Shown here: piece after piece, positions 58,591-64,000 of the stretch
Layout: each line of letters starts with the position of its first letter
How positions within the stretch are numbered: position 1 is the first letter of the stretch
Made by a program: the position numbers and the translations under genes
The notes under the pieces: generated by a model
The model's database searches: none
Seen by the model: the letters and a program-made list of their open reading frames with translations, nothing else
What the model was told of the DNA's origin: nothing
Origin: Eledone cirrhosa
Lineage: Eukaryota
Reading direction: 5' to 3'
Length of the DNA stretch: 64,000 nt
NCBI GenBank assembly: GCA_964016885.1
Contig: OZ024748.1
Span: 56,296,001-56,360,000, forward strand

Positions 58591-59174
58591 AAAGAAACCA
58601 AATAACGCTTACATACTCAAACAGTTTTTATTTGCTTTCAATGTCTCATCCATACCGTTGGGCAGGAATCATCAGAGCTTAATAAACACAGTGCTGAGTA
58701 TAAGCAATACCAAGCTTAGTCACACGAACAATCGGAATACAATAGAGTGTAAAGATAGGGAGATCGGAGATGGCGAATAAGGAGAGAGTACATGCTGGGG
58801 TTGTTAAACACCACAGCTAAATGCTAGGGCACAAGCAGATCTCACAAGATGCAGATACAATTGATGGCAGAAACAAATTGATTTTGTGTGCCATCAATTG
58901 TATCTACATCTTGTGAGATCTGCTTGTGCCCTAGCATTTAGCTGTGGTGTTTAACAACCCCAGCATGTACTCTCTCCTTATTCGCCATCTCCGATCTCCC
59001 TATCTTTACCCTCTATTGTATTCCGATTGTTCTTGTGACTAAGCTTGGTAGAGCTTATACTCAGCACTGTGTTTATTAAGCTCTGATGATCCCTACCCAA
59101 CAGTATGGATGACCATTGTAAGCAAATAAAAACTGTTTGAGTATGTAAGCGTTCTTTGGTTTCTTTTACATATA
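58583..59174. repeat. ~590-bp palindrome (~287-bp arms, ~19-bp spacer) with a decayed HHR in each arm
   Basis: Left arm ends gatacaattgatggca (58869); right arm starts tgccatcaattgtatc (58889). HHR-like: gct-CTGATGA-tcc...ggat-GACC-attg-TA-agc (59078-59123, plus) and gct-CTGATGA-ttcc...ggat-GAGA-cattg-AA-agc (58634-58680, minus). Confidence 0.95.
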
Positions 59175-59268
59175 ACGGCTCTGTTCTCGTACATTGAGCT
59201 AATATAATACCGTCAAAATATAACAGGATCCGTGCTATACGCACGTAAATATATATATATATATATAC

Positions 59269-59353
<85 letters not shown>

Positions 59354-59489
59354 TAACAGATTAAAGTTTAAGCAAAGAATCACTGCTTTCACACTTAACG
59401 GGATCTTCTGAAACTAACAAAGTCAATCTGTGAACGCAGACACATATATGCGTACACATATGGGTCATATTGAACATTAATAATGTTCG

Positions 59490-59748
59490 ATTCGTGTGTA
59501 AGCAAGCGGCCCGTCTTGAAGTTGTGCCATGCCGGTGACCGATCGTCACCTGTTTGTTCAATACTAGTTTTGAGGAACAATCAACATGTTTCTGGGTCAT
59601 TACGCTTCATCAGGACTGTATACCTCTGACTGTCTGTTAAACCTTTTAAAATACATAGTATTTTCTTAAGTATACATCAGCTGAGTCGCCTCATTTGCAT
59701 ATACTGGCGAGTTACGGCTGGCCTTGCCGAATATCAAAAATAATGTAA

Positions 59749-59750
<2 letters not shown>
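59490..59750 (-). mobile_element. Diverged member of the ~420-bp HHR unit family
   Basis: Collinear with 36400-36650: tgtaa.caa.c.gcccg, atcgt..cc..tttgttcaa, tcatcag.actgtatacct, gctgag..gcct.atttgcatat. Ends at (TA)n. Confidence 0.7.
59578..59618 (-). ncRNA. Type I hammerhead ribozyme motif, intact core
   Basis: Minus: cagtc-CTGATGA-agcgtaatgaccca-GAAA-catg-TT-gattg. 5-bp stem I with one G-U; palindromic ACATGT stem III; imperfect stem II. Confidence 0.65.
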
Positions 59751-59806
<56 letters not shown>

Positions 59807-60000
59807 ATATATATACGTATGTATGAATGCTGGAAATGTTAAAAGTATGTGCGTTATGTTAGCCGTAATATATGATGTCACTCATAGATAATAGATAGGT
59901 GATTATTATGTAGTTTAAATGGCATGTTAACTTAACTGCCGTCGGAGCCCTGTAGCAAGATGGCTCATCTGACTCTACTCTAGATTATTAACACATTATA

Positions 60001-60078
60001 CGAGATGTCGCCCAAAAATATATACACACTTCACCAGCATTCTAATGAAAGTGTGAATAGATTTTGGGGGACACCCTG
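60001..60078. mobile_element. Tiny Tc1/mariner-type MITE
   Basis: TA|cgagatgtcgcccaaaaatatatacacactt...aagtgtgaatagattttgggggacaccctg|TA. Imperfect ~30-bp TIRs (right TIR reads CAGGGTGTCCCCCAAAA) and TA flanks. Confidence 0.6.
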
Positions 60079-60217
60079 TATATATGATGAGATCGGGAAT
60101 CAATTGAATCGAACCCTATAAGCCATCGAAGTTAACATACACACCCTGATATTTTCGCTACGGTGCAAACATTTTCCCAAACATATAAGATATCAATTTT
60201 TTAACACGTGACCATTA

Positions 60218-60512
60218 ATAATTGTTTCTACTTTTGGCACAAGGCCAGCAATTACCCAGTACATTACTGGTACTTTATTTTATCGACCCCGTAAGGATGA
60301 AAGGCAAAGTTAACCTCGGCGGGATTTGAACTCAGAATGGCAAGGGACGTATCTTTAAGCGTCAAAGCATGGCGTCAGACCCTCTACCGATACTGCCAAT
60401 AATTTGTTTCAACTTTAGGCACAACGCCAGCAATTACCCAGTGTATTACTAGTACTTTATTTTATCGACCCCATTAGGATGAAAGGTAAAGTCAACCTCG
60501 GCGACTGCCAAT
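60218..60512 (-). mobile_element. Tandem pair of family A SINEs (full 60218-60400; internally deleted 60401-60512)
   Basis: The second copy jumps from aacctcggcg directly to actgccaat, losing most of the tRNA-like head. Confidence 0.9.
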
Positions 60513-60634
60513 AATGATCCTGTTTAGGCCCCAATCATCCTGTTATAACATACATATAATCAGGAATATTCCACAGATGACCATCGATAGTTTTTTAAAT
60601 ATATCTCTATAACCACATTGTCATGTACGGCCTT

Positions 60635-60709
<75 letters not shown>

Positions 60710-60710
60710 G

Positions 60711-60807
<97 letters not shown>

Positions 60808-61196
60808 GGTATGTATGATGACACTTAAAGGAGATTTGTCCATTATTTTCAAGAGATCAAGTGATGCGTTCAGCATTCCTTGATGTGTCGTATTTATTAA
60901 TGTATTTCATCAACGTGGACATCATAAGTAAGTGAAACGCTCAGTCCGTAGGTCATCATAGATAACCAATCATTTACCGACGATACATTACTTGTTTTCT
61001 CTGTGATAATTTAATTCTTTTGAGTCCCTAATGACATTAAAAAGACACTCGCATTACGATAATCACAGCATCGCATTTCCTCTGCGTCATAAAGAAGATG
61101 GGCCTTTTTCAAGATTGCAATTTCAGTTTTATGCTGTAATGATGACTAACCCCTGAAGTCGTGGAATGCAAGTTCAAAAAAGGGCAGCAAGACATA

Positions 61197-61234
<38 letters not shown>

Positions 61235-61244
61235 AACATATATA

Positions 61245-61376
<132 letters not shown>

Positions 61377-61593
61377 GCAATAAATCCCTTCAGGATTGCA
61401 TAAATGTCACGTAATCTCTTTTCCACTTAATTATACTTCTGAGACCATTTGCTTGGGTAAATAATCAATAATACAAAGAATGAAGACGCTTTTTCTATAG
61501 AATATCACTATCCATTAAATTGCTGGAATAGAAAACCACAAAAACGAAATCATCACCACATATATATGTATGTATGTACCTCTCTCTCTCTCC

Positions 61594-61640
<47 letters not shown>

Positions 61641-61656
61641 CATATATATTTATATG

Positions 61657-61750
<94 letters not shown>

Positions 61751-62050
61751 AAAGATGCATGAATATATATATATATATACCAGCAGCAGAAATAACACCA
61801 GTATCAACAGCACATCATCAACGTCACATATAATGCAGTAACAGCTCATCCAGAGTAGCAGTAGTATGATCAGTGACAATTGTAAAGTGAAATAGTAACA
61901 GAATTGATAGAAGACAACCTTAGCATAACACCGTAAAGCATCAAAATATATTCTCAATCAGATGAAGAGTTAGTTACATATTTATTTTATTTGCTGGAAA
62001 TAGCAGCCTAATTATATCTCAGTAAAATTTGAATTTAAGAACATGGTTAT

Positions 62051-62231
62051 ATAATTGTTTCTACGTTTGGCACAAGGCCAGCAATTACACAGTACATTAC
62101 TGGTACTTTATTTTATCGACCCCGTAAGGATGAAAGGCAAAGTTAACCTCGGCGAGATTTAAACTCAGAATGGCAAGGGACGTAACTATATACGTCAAAG
62201 CATCGCGTCCGACCCTCAACCGATACTGCCA
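62051..62231 (-). mobile_element. tRNA-derived SINE, family A
   Basis: Reverse complement of the family A consensus. Confidence 0.9.
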
Positions 62232-62428
62232 GTGAACCTATATAGACAAACGTTGAAAAAAATGTGTTGGCAGATTTGAATGCATTGATCTTAGACATAC
62301 TTGATCAGGTCTGACTTAAATTTAAGTATCACGATTACCAACAGAAAAGGAAAAAAACACATTAACGTTCAACAACATAATCAGCAGCAATAACAATATC
62401 AACATGAATAACCTAGCGAATGTCTAGG

Positions 62429-62514
<86 letters not shown>

Positions 62515-62520
62515 ATATAT

Positions 62521-62933
62521 AAACGGAAAAAATGAAACGAAATTTCATTTCCCACTCTTAGTACGGCTGTTACTTAAATATAAGTATGTACACGTACATA
62601 CATTTATGTATACAGACGCACAGTAGTATGTATATATATATATACATACATGCACACATATATATATATGTACGTATGGATTCACCGAACATTTATTATA
62701 ATGCTAATAAGCTTGAAACTAGTACAGCGTTCCTTTTTCAGTGTTGAACAAACGAGCAACGATGTTTGCTAGACACTACGGCTTAATACGGGATGTTTGT
62801 TTACAAACACAACGAGCATTATAATAAATGTTCGGTGAATCCATACGTACATATATATATGTGTGCATGTATGTATATATATATATACATACTACTGTGC
62901 GTCTGTATACATATACGTATGTACGTGTACATA

Positions 62934-62940
<7 letters not shown>
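62521..62940. mobile_element. ~420-bp HHR unit family member with internal inversion, embedded in (TA)n
   Basis: Arms ~62578-62705 and ~62815-62940 are inverted. The spacer begins gc-taataa-gctt-GAAA-ctag-TA-cagcg (HHR 3' part); CTGATGA is lost at the junction. Confidence 0.85.
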
Positions 62941-63015
<75 letters not shown>

Positions 63016-63070
63016 TATACATATATATAAGTATTAATAAAATATATGTTCTTTTGATCAATTATATTTT

Positions 63071-63123
63071 ATTATACATATTTCAGATGTACAACAGTAC
63101 GTCCTCATCAGACAAAATATAAT
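63071..63123 (-). ncRNA. Hammerhead-like motif related to the 50474-50779 arms
   Basis: Minus: attatattttgt-CTGATGA-ggacgtac-tgtt-gtacatct-GAAA-tatg-TA-taat. Same flanks as 50663-50726 but a different, still paired stem II. Confidence 0.6.
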
Positions 63124-63236
63124 GATACATGACATTTACTCCTGAAAATTATTTTTTTTCTCGTTGAGTGCTTCCAATCTACTGTAAAAATCATTCTTTG
63201 ACATAATCATCGAATATTGTTTAACAATTTAATACT

Positions 63237-63274
<38 letters not shown>

Positions 63275-63293
63275 CACGCACACACACACACAA

Positions 63294-63385
<92 letters not shown>

Positions 63386-64000
63386 TTCAACATTTTCCAA
63401 GTTGTCTTTCAATAAAATATAGCTGTAGCTAGATAGCTATGATTACACCATATAAATAGATAATTAAGTAAATACAAATAATAATAAAGAAATAACAAAT
63501 CAAAAGCATGGTTCGTCACGACTGCAAAGTTTTTTGAAAATAAAGTAATCTAGATTATGACTGACATATGTATGCGTGAGGTGGATGGATAAACAAGGGA
63601 ACCTCATCACCATCATCAGCAGCTGCAGTATTAACAACAACAACAACAGCAGAAAAAACATCAACAACAATAGAAAAGAAAGAAACAACAACAAGAATGT
63701 CAAAACTGCCAAGAAGATATATCGTGAACTTTGCAAGAAAATCAAAGTGCAAGTGTTATAAAGATTTCATTGCAATATTGCTACGAAGAGTTTTGTTCGC
63801 CATACTGAAGCTTACTTAACTAAATCTATATATTTCATGTTGTTTTAGGAAAGTTTCAGAATATGATAGTCGTGGTGGCAGTAACTAAAGCTGACCAAAC
63901 AGAGAATAATGGAATGAAGTTAATTGATATTGTGAGATCGAGAGAGGTATTTTCAGAGGACAAAAGTATTTATTGTTCGTGTAAAAGTCACAAAGATGAT

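Overview
AT-rich, microsatellite-saturated eukaryotic genomic DNA, mostly intronic/intergenic. The (TA)n/(CA)n load and the SINE families suggest a cephalopod such as Octopus (inference, not verified). Almost all ORFs in the supplied track are translations of simple repeats. Supportable content: one probable internal coding exon (84-302, minus); two tRNA-derived SINE families; an internally deleted L1/Tx1-type LINE; two decayed Penelope-like element (PLE) GIY-YIG endonuclease fragments; and small DNA-transposon remnants. The most striking feature is a dense set of type I hammerhead-ribozyme (HHR) motifs. They sit in a ~420-bp tandem retrozyme/pLTR-like unit and in about a dozen fold-back inverted repeats beside (TA)n tracts. 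The ~420-bp unit carries an octamer motif at a fixed ~80 nt upstream of the ribozyme core and shows compensatory changes between diverged copies. Many inversion junctions fall inside the ribozyme. The main SINE shares its 3' tail with the LINE. All calls come from reading the sequence by eye; no searches or folding programs were run.
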